From a bacterium (lineage in GTDB: Bacteria > UBP7 > UBA6624), in NCBI GenBank assembly GCA_002716355.1, contig PBAU01000002.1, positions 137,121-169,120 on the forward strand: DNA of 32,000 bases. The letters are read 5' to 3'. This document shows positions 7,843 through 17,989 of this stretch, piece after piece. The notes beneath the pieces were generated by a model that was not told the origin of the DNA, did not search any database, and was given only the letters and a program-made list of their open reading frames with translations. How positions within the stretch are numbered: the first letter of the stretch is position 1; each line of letters begins with the position of its first letter. The translations under genes and the position numbers were made by a program.

Positions 7843-8310
7843 ATGATTGATTTGGTCCAAGAAATTGGCGATAATTTAAAATCGCAAAATATGATGATCT
7901 CAACAGCTGAATCTTTAACTGGAGGCTTGCTCAGCTCACAATTCTGTGAGATTTCAGGCTCTTCTGAATGGTTTGCAGGAGGGATTGTGTGTTATCAAGA
8001 TGAGATCAAGGAAATGCTGGGTGTTGAAAAATCATTCATGGAAACAAATGGGGCAGTAAACTGCAAAACAGCATATACTCTGGCAAAAAACATCGCATTA
8101 AAGTTCAATACTGAAATCGGTGTTTCTTTGACCGGAATTGCTGGCCCATCAACAGATTCAAAGAATACACCTGTGGGAACGGTTCATATAGGTTTTTATT
8201 CAGAAAAAGATTCTGAATGTAAGAAGTTTTGTTTTAACGGAACAAGAAATCAAATAAGGAAAAAATCTGTTCAAGAAGCAATGAATATGATTTTAAATAA
8301 GATTAAATAA
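7843..8310 (+). CDS. pncC: CinA C-terminal domain protein / nicotinamide-nucleotide amidohydrolase (PncC-like)
   Basis: '[12 protein letters not shown]', 'GGIVCY', 'SLTGIAGP'. The gene starts immediately after the ssb stop codon. Confidence 0.82.
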   Translation: MIDLVQEIGDNLKSQNMMISTAESLTGGLLSSQFCEISGSSEWFAGGIVCYQDEIKEMLGVEKSFMETNGAVNCKTAYTLAKNIALKFNTEIGVSLTGIAGPSTDSKNTPVGTVHIGFYSEKDSECKKFCFNGTRNQIRKKSVQEAMNMILNKIK

Positions 8311-8321
8311 GGAGAATTAAA

Positions 8322-9335
8322 ATGGCAAAGTCACCAAAGAAAAAAAATAAAAAAGTTGGGGAGTTGGAAAGAGTTGTTAATCAAATAGAAACCAAATACG
8401 GGGAAGGGTCCCTGATGAGGCTTGGGTCTAAGCCTGCCACTGATATTCCAGCCGTTTCCACAGGTTCATTGCAGCTGGATTACATTCTTGGCATTGGAGG
8501 GGTCCCGTGTGGAAGAATTATTGAGATTTTTGGTCCAGAGTCTGGTGGAAAAACGACTTTAGCATTAGAGATAGTTGCAGCTGGTCAAAAGCTAGGCAAG
8601 GAAATTGTTTATATTGATGCTGAAAATGCTCTTGATCCAAAATATGCTCGTGCAATTGGTGTTGATGTAGACAATATGTTTCTTAGCCAACCTGAAACCA
8701 TGGAGGCATCTTTGGAAATATGTGATGAAGTTATCAGGTCAGGTGAGGTTGGTGTTGTTGTTGTGGATAGTGTCGCCGCAATGGTTCCCAAGGCAGAATT
8801 AGATGGGAAAATAGGTGACAAGCATGTAGGGCTTCAGGCAAGATTAATGTCTCAGGCATTACGTAGGATTGCAGGCGCAGCTGCTAAAAATGGTACTATT
8901 GTTATTTTTATTAATCAAATAAGAGAAAAGATTGGAGTTATGTTTGGCAATCCTGAAACAACACCAGGTGGAAGAGCATTAAAGTTTTTTTCTTCTGTAA
9001 GAATAGATATCAGAAAAGCCAAATCTATTGTTGAGGGAGATGAGATTATTGGCTCAAGTCATCGAGCGCGAGTTGTAAAAAACAAAGTAGCACCACCTTT
9101 TAAGAATGCAGAATTCCCATTGCGTTATGGCTATGGAATTTGGAGTGAAGCAGAATTGATAGAGCTTGGAACGCATTACAAACTTATTCAAAAATCAGGT
9201 TCTTGGTATAACGCTAAAGATGGCTCTGTTACATTGGGCCAAGGTTTGCGCAAGGCAGCAAATTACCTTAATGAGGATCTGGATCTAAAAGAAGAAATTA
9301 TTTCTACATTAAAGGAAAAATTAGGTATTAAATAA
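8322..9335 (+). CDS. recA: Recombinase RecA
   Basis: '[14 protein letters not shown]', Walker A 'GPESGGKTT', 'VVVVDSVAA', '[28 protein letters not shown]'. AGGAG Shine-Dalgarno. Confidence 0.97.
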   Translation: MAKSPKKKNKKVGELERVVNQIETKYGEGSLMRLGSKPATDIPAVSTGSLQLDYILGIGGVPCGRIIEIFGPESGGKTTLALEIVAAGQKLGKEIVYIDAENALDPKYARAIGVDVDNMFLSQPETMEASLEICDEVIRSGEVGVVVVDSVAAMVPKAELDGKIGDKHVGLQARLMSQALRRIAGAAAKNGTIVIFINQIREKIGVMFGNPETTPGGRALKFFSSVRIDIRKAKSIVEGDEIIGSSHRARVVKNKVAPPFKNAEFPLRYGYGIWSEAELIELGTHYKLIQKSGSWYNAKDGSVTLGQGLRKAANYLNEDLDLKEEIISTLKEKLGIK

Positions 9336-9339
9336 ACTC

Positions 9340-10872
9340 ATGTTATTGTTAATGGAAATGGTTCCAACCCCTTTGATGGTTTTTATTCTTCTGTGTCTTG
9401 GAACCGTAATTGTTCTTTATGTTTTCGCATTGAAGAAATTAAAAACCATCCATAATGAAAAAGTTGATCAAAATATAGCAGAAATATTAGAAGCCAAATC
9501 TAAATTTACAGCAGAAAAAAAGGAAACCCTTGCAGCAAAAGAAGATTTACAAAAAAGACGAGAAGAAATCATCAAGCAAGAATCAAGTGTTTTTGCTGAA
9601 AAAAATATATTGAAATCACAAAAAGAAAATTTCAAATTACATAAAAAAGAATCATTGGAAAGACTTGAAAAAAGAGACCAATCCCTAATGAAGCGAGAAG
9701 AAAGAATATCTGTTGAAGAGGATCAGATTGTTGAAAAGTTAGAGCATGTTGCAAAAATGACTAAAAAAGAAGCTGGTGAATTTATATTGCAATCTGCAAA
9801 AAAGGCAAACAGGCAAGCGCTGAAGGCTTTATTTAAAGAGGGTGAGGATCAGGCTCAGGCTGAAAGCCAGCAGCGAGCGCAGCAGTTGTTATTAGATGCT
9901 GTCCAAGGTATTAGCGTTCCATCTGTTTTGGGTAATGATATTTTAGGAAGAGTTGAAATTTCTGATGAGAATTTTAAGGGTAGAGTGATAGGTCGTGCTG
10001 GTAGAAATATTAAGTATTTTCAAGAGAAAGCAGGTGTTGATTTGATTGTAGATGAAACCCTTTTTCTAACAATCTCATCATTTGATGGGGTAAGGCAGGC
10101 AATTGCAACAATCGCTCTTGAACGTTTGATAAAAGATGGAAGGATACATGCTCCTGCTATTGATAGAGAGGTTAGCAAAGCAACAAAAGAAGTAACAAAA
10201 ATGGTCAATGACTATGGTGAAAAGGCCGCTGAAGAAGCTGGCGTTCCTGGTTTGCATAAGGTTATTATCAAGATGATTGGCAAAATGAGTTTCAGGTCTA
10301 GTTTTGGGCAGAACCTATTGCAACACAGTGTTGAATGTGCAAGAATTGCAGGGCAGCTTGCAAAAGAGCTAGGGTTAGATCAAAGCATCCTTAGAAGAAT
10401 GGCTTTATTACATGATATAGGAAAAATATTACCAAGTGAAGGTGAAACAAACTCACATGCTTTAGCCGGCGCCAAGCTTTTAAAGGAGTATGGTGAATCT
10501 GAGAAGATTGTTAATGCGGTTGCTTCACATCATGGAGAGGAAAAGTGTACAAGTGTTGAAGGTGAGATTTTGAAAATTTCTGATGCGCTTTCGGGAGCAA
10601 GACCAGGAGCAAGGCGAGATACTTATGAGATATATATAGAACGTTTAAAAAGAATTGAGGAAATTGGCAATTCCTTGCCAGGTGTATTGCAGACTTATGC
10701 TGTTAGTGCTGGCAGAGAGGTCAGGGTGATTCTTGACCCTGACAGAACAACAGATGAAGACCCCATTGTTTTAGCAGGTGATCTTTTGAAGAGAATCAAA
10801 AAAGAACTTGATATTCCTGGAAAAACTACAATTACCGTAATTAGGGAAAAAAGGGACTCGCTACAAGGATGA
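9340..10872 (+). CDS. rny: Ribonuclease Y
   Basis: N-terminal TM helix, a Lys/Glu-rich coiled region, KH-domain GxxG 'GRVIGRAGRNIKYFQEKAGV', and HD domain 'LLHDIGK...ASHHG'. The exact start is uncertain (ATG at 9340 or downstream Met codons). Confidence 0.9.
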   Translation: MLLLMEMVPTPLMVFILLCLGTVIVLYVFALKKLKTIHNEKVDQNIAEILEAKSKFTAEKKETLAAKEDLQKRREEIIKQESSVFAEKNILKSQKENFKLHKKESLERLEKRDQSLMKREERISVEEDQIVEKLEHVAKMTKKEAGEFILQSAKKANRQALKALFKEGEDQAQAESQQRAQQLLLDAVQGISVPSVLGNDILGRVEISDENFKGRVIGRAGRNIKYFQEKAGVDLIVDETLFLTISSFDGVRQAIATIALERLIKDGRIHAPAIDREVSKATKEVTKMVNDYGEKAAEEAGVPGLHKVIIKMIGKMSFRSSFGQNLLQHSVECARIAGQLAKELGLDQSILRRMALLHDIGKILPSEGETNSHALAGAKLLKEYGESEKIVNAVASHHGEEKCTSVEGEILKISDALSGARPGARRDTYEIYIERLKRIEEIGNSLPGVLQTYAVSAGREVRVILDPDRTTDEDPIVLAGDLLKRIKKELDIPGKTTITVIREKRDSLQG

Positions 10873-11663
10873 TAAAAGTTTTATCTATTGGTGATGTTTT
10901 TGGGAGACCAGGAAGAAAGCTTTGCAAAACATTGATTCCTGAACTTAGATTAAAACATAAAGCTGATTTGGTTATAGTCAATGCTGAAAACGCAAGTGGC
11001 GGCAAAGGACTTTCTGAAAAAAACTATAAAGAGATAATGGAATCCGGTATTGATTTAATAACGCTTGGCGATCACATGTTTGACCAAAAGTCAATCAAGA
11101 CAATAATGGACAATAAAAGAAATCCAATTATCCGTCCATTCAACTATCCAAGTTCTGAAATGGCCGGAAGAGGCATTTGGACAACATCTTTGAATGGTGT
11201 TGAGGTCAATGTTATTTGCTTGCAGGGAAGGATTTTCATGAGAGAGGGAGCGGATAACCCCTTCAGAGCTTTTGATGAAATTCATGATAAGTTGAATTCA
11301 GATTCAATCAATCTTGTTGAATTTCATGCTGAGGCAACAAGTGAAAAACATGCAATGTTTTGGTATCTTGATGGTCGTGCTTCAGCTGCCTGGGGAACAC
11401 ATACTCATGTTGCTACGGCTGATGAAAGAGTGTATCCGCAAGGGCTTGGCGCTATTGCTGATCTTGGGATGACTGGTCCTGTGGATAGTGTGATTGGTGT
11501 TGATTGCGAAAGCAGTATCAAAAGGTTTACCTCAGGTATCTATTCAAGATTCAAGGTTTCTGAATCTGAAAGGGTTGCGCTAAATGGTGCTTTGTTTGAG
11601 ATTGATGAAAAGACCAAAGAGTGCATAAGCGTCACCAGGATTCGGGAAGAGTCTATAGTTTAA
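10869..11663 (+). CDS. ymdB: YmdB-family metallophosphoesterase (2',3'-cyclic-nucleotide phosphodiesterase, TIGR00282-like)
   Basis: 'IGDVFGRPGR', 'VNAENASGGKG', 'FHAEATSEK', 'GTHTHV'. ATGA overlap with rny. The rny-ymdB pairing is the one known from Bacillus. Confidence 0.88.
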   Translation: MIKVLSIGDVFGRPGRKLCKTLIPELRLKHKADLVIVNAENASGGKGLSEKNYKEIMESGIDLITLGDHMFDQKSIKTIMDNKRNPIIRPFNYPSSEMAGRGIWTTSLNGVEVNVICLQGRIFMREGADNPFRAFDEIHDKLNSDSINLVEFHAEATSEKHAMFWYLDGRASAAWGTHTHVATADERVYPQGLGAIADLGMTGPVDSVIGVDCESSIKRFTSGIYSRFKVSESERVALNGALFEIDEKTKECISVTRIREESIV

Positions 11664-11748
11664 TGATTAATGTTGTTTTAAAAAACAAACCAATTTAAAA
11701 TGATTTCTGGATCTGGGATCCCTGTATAGCTATCCTCCCAACTCGTTT

Positions 11749-13620
11749 CTAATTAATTAGTGAATTAATTATTGAAGGATCTGCTAATGTTGATATGTCT
11801 CCTAGATTTTTTGTATCTCCTTCAGCTATTTTCCTAAGTATTCTTCTCATGATTTTTCCTGAACGTGTTTTTGGTAGGCCAGGTGTAAATTGGATTCTGT
11901 CTGGTGATGCATGTGGTCCAATGATTTTCCTAACTTTCATTCGTATTTCTTTTTCAGTATTTTTGTTTACCTCTTTCCCTGTCATCAGTGTCACAAAAGC
12001 ACAAACGCCTTCTCCCTTGATGTCGTGCGGAAAACCGACAACAGCCGCTTCAGCAACGTCATTGTGTTTCCCTATTGCCCCTTCGATTTCAGCTGTTCCC
12101 AATCTGTGTCCAGAAACATTCAACACATCATCAACCCTTCCTGTAATCCAGTAATAGCCATCCTGATCCCTTTTTGCCCCATCTCCAGTGAAATAATATC
12201 CATTGAATTGGGAGAAGTAAGTGTCAAAAAATCTTTGATGGTCTCCGTAAATGGTTCTCATCTGTCCTGGCCATGATCTTTTTATTACAAGCAACCCTTC
12301 TGCGGGATTTCCTTGAATTTCATTGCCGTTTTCATCAAGTATTGCAGGCTCAATTCCATAAAGAGGGTTTGTTGCAGATCCAGGTTTTAATTCTGTGATT
12401 CCTGGCAAAGGGGTTATCAGGATTCCACCTGTTTCTGTTTGCCACCATGTGTCGACCACAGGGCATCTTTGCTCTCCCACAATTTCATGGTACCAAGTCC
12501 ATTCTGGCTCCTTGATCGTCTCTCCGACGGTACCAAGAACTTTTAGTGATTCTCTATTCCACTTGGTTACGAAGTCATCACCTTCTTTCATTAGTGCCCT
12601 GAGTGCTGTTGGAGCTGTGTAGAAGATATTGACTTTATGCTTTTCTACAATTTGCCAGAATCTTCCAAAGTCAGGGAAGTTTGGCACGCCTTCAAACATG
12701 ATTGTCGTTGCTCTATTCGAGAGTGGTCCATAAACAATATAGGAATGTCCAGTAATCCAACCAATATCCGCAGTGCACCAATATATGTCTCCCGGTTTGT
12801 AATCAAAAACTTTTTGGTGGGTATAAGATGCATAAACCATATACCCCCCTGTGGTATGCAAAACACCTTTGGGTTTCCCTGTTGATCCAGATGTATAAAG
12901 TATAAACAGGGGATCTTCAGCATTCATCTTTTCACATTCGCACTTTTCAGACATTGGCTTTATCGATTTATGCCACCAATGATCCCTGTCTTGAACCATC
13001 TCAACATCAGAGCCCGTTCTTTTTACAACTAGTACATTTTGGATTGTCGGACATTCTTTTAGCGCAGCATCTCCATTTGATTTCATTGGTATGTTTGTTT
13101 TCAAGCCTCTGACGCCAGTATCTTGAGTTACTAGCAATTTGCATTCAGAATCATTGATTCGATCCCGCAATGAATCAGAAGAAAAAGCACCAAAGACTAT
13201 TGAATGCACTGCACCAATCCTTGCGCATGCAAGCATTGTTATCATCAGTTCGGGAATCATTTGCATATAGATGCAAACCCTGTCACCTTTTTGAATATTG
13301 ATTGATTTTAGGAAATTAGCACATTTCGAAACTTCTTGCAATAACTCTTTGTAAGAGTATTTTTTATCTTCATTTGGATTGTTGCCTTCCCATATTAATG
13401 CAGTTTCATCGCCTTTTCCGGATTCAATATGTCGATCTAGGCAGTTGTAGCAAGCATTCAGTTCACCTTCTTCAAACCATTTAATGCTTGCAGTTTTGTA
13501 ATCTACACTTGAAACGGTATCCCATTTTTTATACCAATGTATCCTTTCTGCAACCTTTGACCAAAAAACATCCGTGTTTTCAATTGATTCTTGATATTGT
13601 TTTTTGTAGCCAGATTCCAT
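11749..13620 (-). CDS. acs: Acetyl-CoA synthetase (AMP-forming)
   Basis: '[11 protein letters not shown]', 'WWQTETGG', '[24 protein letters not shown]', and the C-terminal '[13 protein letters not shown]' (position of the regulatory Lys). Confidence 0.93.
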   Translation of the reverse strand: MESGYKKQYQESIENTDVFWSKVAERIHWYKKWDTVSSVDYKTASIKWFEEGELNACYNCLDRHIESGKGDETALIWEGNNPNEDKKYSYKELLQEVSKCANFLKSINIQKGDRVCIYMQMIPELMITMLACARIGAVHSIVFGAFSSDSLRDRINDSECKLLVTQDTGVRGLKTNIPMKSNGDAALKECPTIQNVLVVKRTGSDVEMVQDRDHWWHKSIKPMSEKCECEKMNAEDPLFILYTSGSTGKPKGVLHTTGGYMVYASYTHQKVFDYKPGDIYWCTADIGWITGHSYIVYGPLSNRATTIMFEGVPNFPDFGRFWQIVEKHKVNIFYTAPTALRALMKEGDDFVTKWNRESLKVLGTVGETIKEPEWTWYHEIVGEQRCPVVDTWWQTETGGILITPLPGITELKPGSATNPLYGIEPAILDENGNEIQGNPAEGLLVIKRSWPGQMRTIYGDHQRFFDTYFSQFNGYYFTGDGAKRDQDGYYWITGRVDDVLNVSGHRLGTAEIEGAIGKHNDVAEAAVVGFPHDIKGEGVCAFVTLMTGKEVNKNTEKEIRMKVRKIIGPHASPDRIQFTPGLPKTRSGKIMRRILRKIAEGDTKNLGDISTLADPSIINSLIN

Positions 13621-13622
13621 TT

Positions 13623-15227
13623 TTATTCTGGAGCTTTAGCAAAATCCTCAGCCCAACATCTTGGAGATAACTCTTCACCTGTGATTTCTTTTACTAAATC
13701 ATCCCATTTCAATCTAGAGCCAAAAGAAAACATGTTTGCAAGGTATTTTCCAGCTTTTTTGTTTTTAAGCAGGCCACTGCCTGTTGTCTTGACAATATCA
13801 TGCTCAAGTTGACTTGCTGTCATTTCGCCAAGCATGTAATTGTGATAATAAACAGGAGCTGTAGCTATATGGTTTTTTGCAGCCCAATCAGGTTTGTTTC
13901 TTCCTTTTGGCTTGCGAACATCTTGGTATTCCTCTTTCAAATCCCACCATAATTGATTTAAGTCTTGTTTTGGATTTGAGTAAAGTTCCTTTTCGAATCT
14001 ACACATAACCTGCTCCCACCTGCTGAAAGCCAACATTTTGAATCTTTGAGCATTGACCAATTGCACAGCGGCATCATTAACCTCATTACTTGGCGCTCCA
14101 AGGAAATCTATTAGCCATTCTGGTCTTAATGCTTGCCTGCCAAAGATCATTGCTATTGCTTCAGTACTGTTTATGTGTGCCGGGCCTTGTAGAAACCAAG
14201 GTAAGTTTTCTGTGGCAAGAAGGTCATATATAGCATGTCCATATTCATGCAGAACAGTATCACCCCATGTTAAATTATTTCTTAGATTACAAAGCACCCT
14301 CACATCACCATTTGGATCATCAACACCTAAACAAAATGCATGTTGTGATTTTCCTTCTCTTTCATAAAGATCTGATTTTTCAATTGAGCTTCTTATGTCT
14401 AAACCGCAACTGTCAAAAGTTTCAATTGCTAATTTTTCTAAACAATCATCCGCTTTGCCAATAAACCATTTGTCACCCACACTTGTGTCAAAAGGCACAC
14501 TTTGGAAATAGGGGTTTTCATAATGCCAAGGCATTATTTCGTCTTCATTTATATTGTACCTTTGTGCTCTTTCCGAATCGTATTTACGCTTGTGAGCTAA
14601 AAATGGCTCTCTTGTTAATTCATTCAATTCATCTAAAAGATTAAATAGAAAATCTTCATTTACTTCCTGTGTGATCAATCGCATTGAATAATAATTTTTA
14701 AAACCCATTCTTTTTGCTGAGCTGTTTCGTATTTCAACCAGATCTAAAAGCTTGCCTTCAACTTTTTCACCAATAGTTTTTGTTGCCTTCCATGCTTTTT
14801 CACTCAAGGAATTATCAGAACTTTGTTTCAGGATGTCAGATAGATCATTAGATGATTTTTCTTCGCCATCAACAATACCTCTGTGTTTGACATAATCTGA
14901 GGAAATCTGTAGACCTAATTTAACAGTTTTTGAAATTTCCTCATCATTCTTTTGACTTCCTATTGCACCAAGGTAAAGACTTTCTATGATTCTTTGGACA
15001 TCACTGTCATCAATTTTGTCCATTTGGCCATGCCAATTCTTTATCTTAGAAAATCTTTCAGGATTTGCAGCTCTTTTCTCCAATGTTTCAGAAAGAACCT
15101 GAGCAATCTCGCTGTAGTTTTCTTCTCCGGTTGTTTCTTTACCCCACCAAGCAAGTGCAGTGGCCTTCCATAATGGTTTGCTGAATTTTTCTTCTTCAGC
15201 TAGAAATTTTTTAATATCTTTTAGCAT
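13623..15227 (-). CDS. Zinc metallopeptidase, gluzincin with neurolysin-type fold (M3/M32/M2-like oligopeptidase or carboxypeptidase)
   Basis: '[10 protein letters not shown]' (HExxH) with a third-ligand-type Glu about 25 aa downstream ('NSTEAIAM'). 'HAF...DVRV' upstream resembles the M32 HPF/DxRxT motifs, and '[12 protein letters not shown]' resembles the M3 C-terminal motif. The start is placed at the ATG at 15227 (MLKDIKK), preceded by GGAGG at 15236-15240. The TTG at 15242 in the track lies inside that Shine-Dalgarno. Confidence 0.6.
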   Translation of the reverse strand: MLKDIKKFLAEEEKFSKPLWKATALAWWGKETTGEENYSEIAQVLSETLEKRAANPERFSKIKNWHGQMDKIDDSDVQRIIESLYLGAIGSQKNDEEISKTVKLGLQISSDYVKHRGIVDGEEKSSNDLSDILKQSSDNSLSEKAWKATKTIGEKVEGKLLDLVEIRNSSAKRMGFKNYYSMRLITQEVNEDFLFNLLDELNELTREPFLAHKRKYDSERAQRYNINEDEIMPWHYENPYFQSVPFDTSVGDKWFIGKADDCLEKLAIETFDSCGLDIRSSIEKSDLYEREGKSQHAFCLGVDDPNGDVRVLCNLRNNLTWGDTVLHEYGHAIYDLLATENLPWFLQGPAHINSTEAIAMIFGRQALRPEWLIDFLGAPSNEVNDAAVQLVNAQRFKMLAFSRWEQVMCRFEKELYSNPKQDLNQLWWDLKEEYQDVRKPKGRNKPDWAAKNHIATAPVYYHNYMLGEMTASQLEHDIVKTTGSGLLKNKKAGKYLANMFSFGSRLKWDDLVKEITGEELSPRCWAEDFAKAPE

Positions 15228-15247
15228 AAATATTTCCTCCAAATTTA

Positions 15248-15265
15248 TATCCTAGTCTTAGGATA
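15248..15265. promoter_or_regulatory. Inverted repeat TATCCTA-N4-TAGGATA in the 44-bp divergent intergenic region (candidate operator)
   Basis: TATCCTA at 15248-15254 and TAGGATA at 15259-15265 are exact reverse complements. The right arm overlaps the AGGA ribosome-binding region of the downstream GTG-start gene. Confidence 0.3.
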
Positions 15266-15271
15266 ATCTAA

Positions 15272-16345
15272 GTGAAAGAAATTGTAATTATTGGTGGTGG
15301 TGTTGCTGGCATGGCTATTGCATGGGAGGCACAAAAGAACGGTTACAAGGTTTTACTCCTAGAAAAAGATGCTTGTGGAGGTGGAGCAAGCCAAGCAAGT
15401 GCCGGCATACTCTCTCCTGCAGGAAAATCTTGCGGCGATCCTGAGCTCAATCGTTTTATCTGGGAGGGCATCAGGATGTTTCCGGATTGGGTTAAAGAGT
15501 TAAGAGAGGTTCATGATTCTGATCCTGATTTAAAGATGGAGGGTGTTTTGTACCCTGAAGAACCAGAGTTGAAGACAAGAATAGCCAGTCTTGAAGATGT
15601 CAATGTTTCTTATCAGGTTTTGGGAAAAAAAGAAATAAAAAATAATTTTCCATGGTTCGATGTTGAAAAGGCTGTTTTGATTGAGGATGAAGGGCGAATT
15701 AATCCAAGAAAATTAATGTATTTGTTAAAAGACGCACTTTTAAAATCAGGAGTTGACATTCGTGAAAATACCGAGGTTTTAAAAATATCTAAATTTGAAG
15801 AAAATTGGAAAATTTCCATAAAAAATAATGAGTCAATTTTTACCTCAAAGATTGCAATGTGCACTGGTGCCTGGGCCCAAGGTGTTGAAGATTGGGTTCC
15901 ACCCATTAAACCAATGAGGGGTCAAATTATCGAACTTGCTGGAGAGGGTATGGAGTTTCCAACTCATACAGTACATGGAGCAGCTTCATATATGGTTCCA
16001 CAATCCGGGCATTATTGGATTGGAGGCATTGTTCAGGATAGGGGTTTTGATGATTCAATTGATAAAAAAACTTTATTTCAAAAAGTGGCAATCATGGCAA
16101 ATTGGGCACCAATTTTCACTAAAGCGAAATTAGGAGAATCATGGTGTGGATTTCGCCCTGGTTCACCTGATGAACGACCAATTATTGGAGAAAGAAAAGG
16201 ATTGGAGGGTGTTTTTTGGGCAACAGGTCTTTTTAGAAATGGGGTATCGCTTTCCCCTGTAGTTGCTAAAAATTTCATCTCATGGATGAATGGTTCCTTC
16301 AAGCCAAATCAAGATTACCCTTTTTCACCTAATAGATTTTTATGA
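15272..16345 (+). CDS. FAD-dependent oxidoreductase, DAO family (glycine oxidase ThiO-like)
   Basis: Dinucleotide-binding 'IVIIGGGVAGMAIAWEA...LLEK', 'GGGASQASAGILSP', and C-terminal 'CGFRPGSPDERPIIGE'. GTG start. Confidence 0.7.
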   Translation: MKEIVIIGGGVAGMAIAWEAQKNGYKVLLLEKDACGGGASQASAGILSPAGKSCGDPELNRFIWEGIRMFPDWVKELREVHDSDPDLKMEGVLYPEEPELKTRIASLEDVNVSYQVLGKKEIKNNFPWFDVEKAVLIEDEGRINPRKLMYLLKDALLKSGVDIRENTEVLKISKFEENWKISIKNNESIFTSKIAMCTGAWAQGVEDWVPPIKPMRGQIIELAGEGMEFPTHTVHGAASYMVPQSGHYWIGGIVQDRGFDDSIDKKTLFQKVAIMANWAPIFTKAKLGESWCGFRPGSPDERPIIGERKGLEGVFWATGLFRNGVSLSPVVAKNFISWMNGSFKPNQDYPFSPNRFL

Positions 16346-17568
16346 GTTTTTTTGAAATTAAAAAAAAGAGAATAAGCACAGTTTGTAATGTTGGCGGTGT
16401 TTTGATAGGTGGAGGGAATCCAATTGTTGTTCAGTCAATGACTGATACTGACACTGCAAATATATCAAAAACAGTTGATCAAATAATCTTGCTTGCGAAT
16501 GCTGGTAGCGAGATTGTGCGGATTACTGTCAACAATGATGAGTCTGCCAAGGCCGTTCCAGCAATTATTAAAACTATAAAAAATAGTGGTTGCGATGTTC
16601 CAATTGTGGGTGATTTTCACTTCAATGGTCACATACTTTTGAAAAAGTATCCAGAAATGGCTCAATCGCTTTCTAAGTTCCGTATTAATCCAGGCAATGT
16701 AGGTCGTGGACCCAGGCATGATAAAAACTTTGTTACATTTATTGAAATCGCCAAAGAGTTTAACAAGCCTGTTCGTATAGGTGTAAATGCTGGTAGTTTG
16801 GATGCTGATCTTTTAGCAAAGAAAATGGATCAAAATGCTCAAAATAATTTTCCACTTTCTGCCGAAGAAGTTGAAATCGAATCTTTAGTTGAAAGTGCTT
16901 TGAGCAGTGCTGAAACGGCGATTGATTTAGGTCTTTCTGAAAATATGATTATTATTTCATGCAAGGTTTCTAAAGTTAAAGAAATGGTTGAAGTTTATAG
17001 AAAAATTGCCAACCAATCAAATTTTCCCTTGCATTTAGGTTTAACTGAGGCGGGAATGGGTCTTAAGGGGGTTGCTGCAACATCTTCAGCACTTTCGATT
17101 CTTTTGAATGATGGGATTGGTGACACAATCAGGTCAAGTTTGACACCTGAGGTTGGAGGAGACAGGGCCAAGGAGGTGCGTTTGTGCCAGGAGATATTGC
17201 AGGCTTTGGATTTAAGAAGTTTCAGGCCATCAGTAACTAGTTGTCCAGGTTGTGGCAGAACAACCTCAACCTTTTTCAGGGAGTTAGCTGAAACAATTCA
17301 AGGAAAAATTGATTCAAATATGGCTAGCTGGAAAAATGATTTTCCTGGTGTTGAGAGTTTGAAAATAGCAATCATGGGATGCATAGTAAACGGTCCAGGT
17401 GAATCTAAATCTGCAGATATAGGGATATCCCTCCCTGGAACTGGAGAAAATCCAAAAGCACCTGTTTATGTAGATGGAAAATTAACTCAAACTTTAAGTG
17501 GTTCATCTATATCAAATCAATTTCTTGATATAGTAGAAGAATATATTAAGCAAAGGTGGTCAAAATGA
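16342..17568 (+). CDS. ispG: 4-hydroxy-3-methylbut-2-enyl diphosphate synthase (IspG/GcpE)
   Basis: 'VQSMTDTDT', 'FRINPGNVG', the [4Fe-4S] ligand motif 'SCPGCGRT', and 'GCIVNGPGE'. ATGA overlap with the upstream gene. Confidence 0.92.
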   Translation: MSFFEIKKKRISTVCNVGGVLIGGGNPIVVQSMTDTDTANISKTVDQIILLANAGSEIVRITVNNDESAKAVPAIIKTIKNSGCDVPIVGDFHFNGHILLKKYPEMAQSLSKFRINPGNVGRGPRHDKNFVTFIEIAKEFNKPVRIGVNAGSLDADLLAKKMDQNAQNNFPLSAEEVEIESLVESALSSAETAIDLGLSENMIIISCKVSKVKEMVEVYRKIANQSNFPLHLGLTEAGMGLKGVAATSSALSILLNDGIGDTIRSSLTPEVGGDRAKEVRLCQEILQALDLRSFRPSVTSCPGCGRTTSTFFRELAETIQGKIDSNMASWKNDFPGVESLKIAIMGCIVNGPGESKSADIGISLPGTGENPKAPVYVDGKLTQTLSGSSISNQFLDIVEEYIKQRWSK

Positions 17569-17975
17569 CAAAGATACAAGCTATTTACGAAGGGGATCTT
17601 AGATGCAAGGCAGTTCATGATCTTTCCAATTCTGAAATTTTTACAGATGCGCCATTGGATAATTATGGTAAAGGGGAATCCTTTTCACCAACTGATCTTG
17701 TTGCAGCTGCTCTTTTGACATGCATGGCGACCATTATGGGCATTGCAGCTAAAAATTCAAAAATTGATATTTGTAAATTCAACATGAGTGTTGAAAAAAA
17801 AATGTCTAAAAATTTACCTAGAAAAATATCAGAATTACTTGTAGTTTTCAAAATGAAAAATAAATATTCGAAGAAAGAAAAAGAAATATTGAATAATGCT
17901 GCTCTTACATGCCCAGTTCATCGCAGCTTAAATGAAAGTATCGATATTCAGGTCGATTTTGAATGGGTAAATTGA
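17565..17975 (+). CDS. OsmC/Ohr-family peroxiredoxin-like protein
   Basis: 'FSPTDLVAAALLTCM' and 'LTCPVHRSL', the two conserved OsmC Cys motifs. The ATG at 17565 is preceded by AAGGTGG and overlaps the ispG stop (ATGA). The GTG at 17556 in the track is unlikely. Confidence 0.8.
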   Translation: MTKIQAIYEGDLRCKAVHDLSNSEIFTDAPLDNYGKGESFSPTDLVAAALLTCMATIMGIAAKNSKIDICKFNMSVEKKMSKNLPRKISELLVVFKMKNKYSKKEKEILNNAALTCPVHRSLNESIDIQVDFEWVN

Positions 17976-17989
17976 AAGGGGGTTTTTTT

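Noticed and set aside
7335-8321. SOS/LexA operator upstream of ssb, cinA or recA.
   Set aside because: A visual scan found no CTGT-N8-ACAG, CGAAC-N4-GTTCG or TTAC-N3-GTAA-type palindrome. A lineage-specific motif cannot be excluded without a genome-wide search.
3549-9335. Inteins or self-splicing elements in nrdA or recA, which are common insertion hosts.
   Set aside because: Both proteins read collinearly through their conserved blocks with no inserted Cys/Ser...HN splicing module. The extra length of NrdA is explained by the N-terminal ATP-cone repeats.
11664-11748. Convergent ymdB/acs junction with small hairpins (GTTTT/AAAAC-type near 11672-11690; GGATC-TGG-GATCC at 11708-11720).
   Set aside because: The stems are only 5-6 bp, mostly A/T, or lack a flanking T-tract. 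Termination presumably happens here, but I cannot support a specific terminator call.
11795-12885. A series of plus-strand ORFs (11795-12154, 11911-12276, 12395-12622, 12637-12885) opposite the acs gene.
   Set aside because: All are antisense shadows of a full-length, motif-complete acetyl-CoA synthetase. They have no Shine-Dalgarno and no family resemblance.
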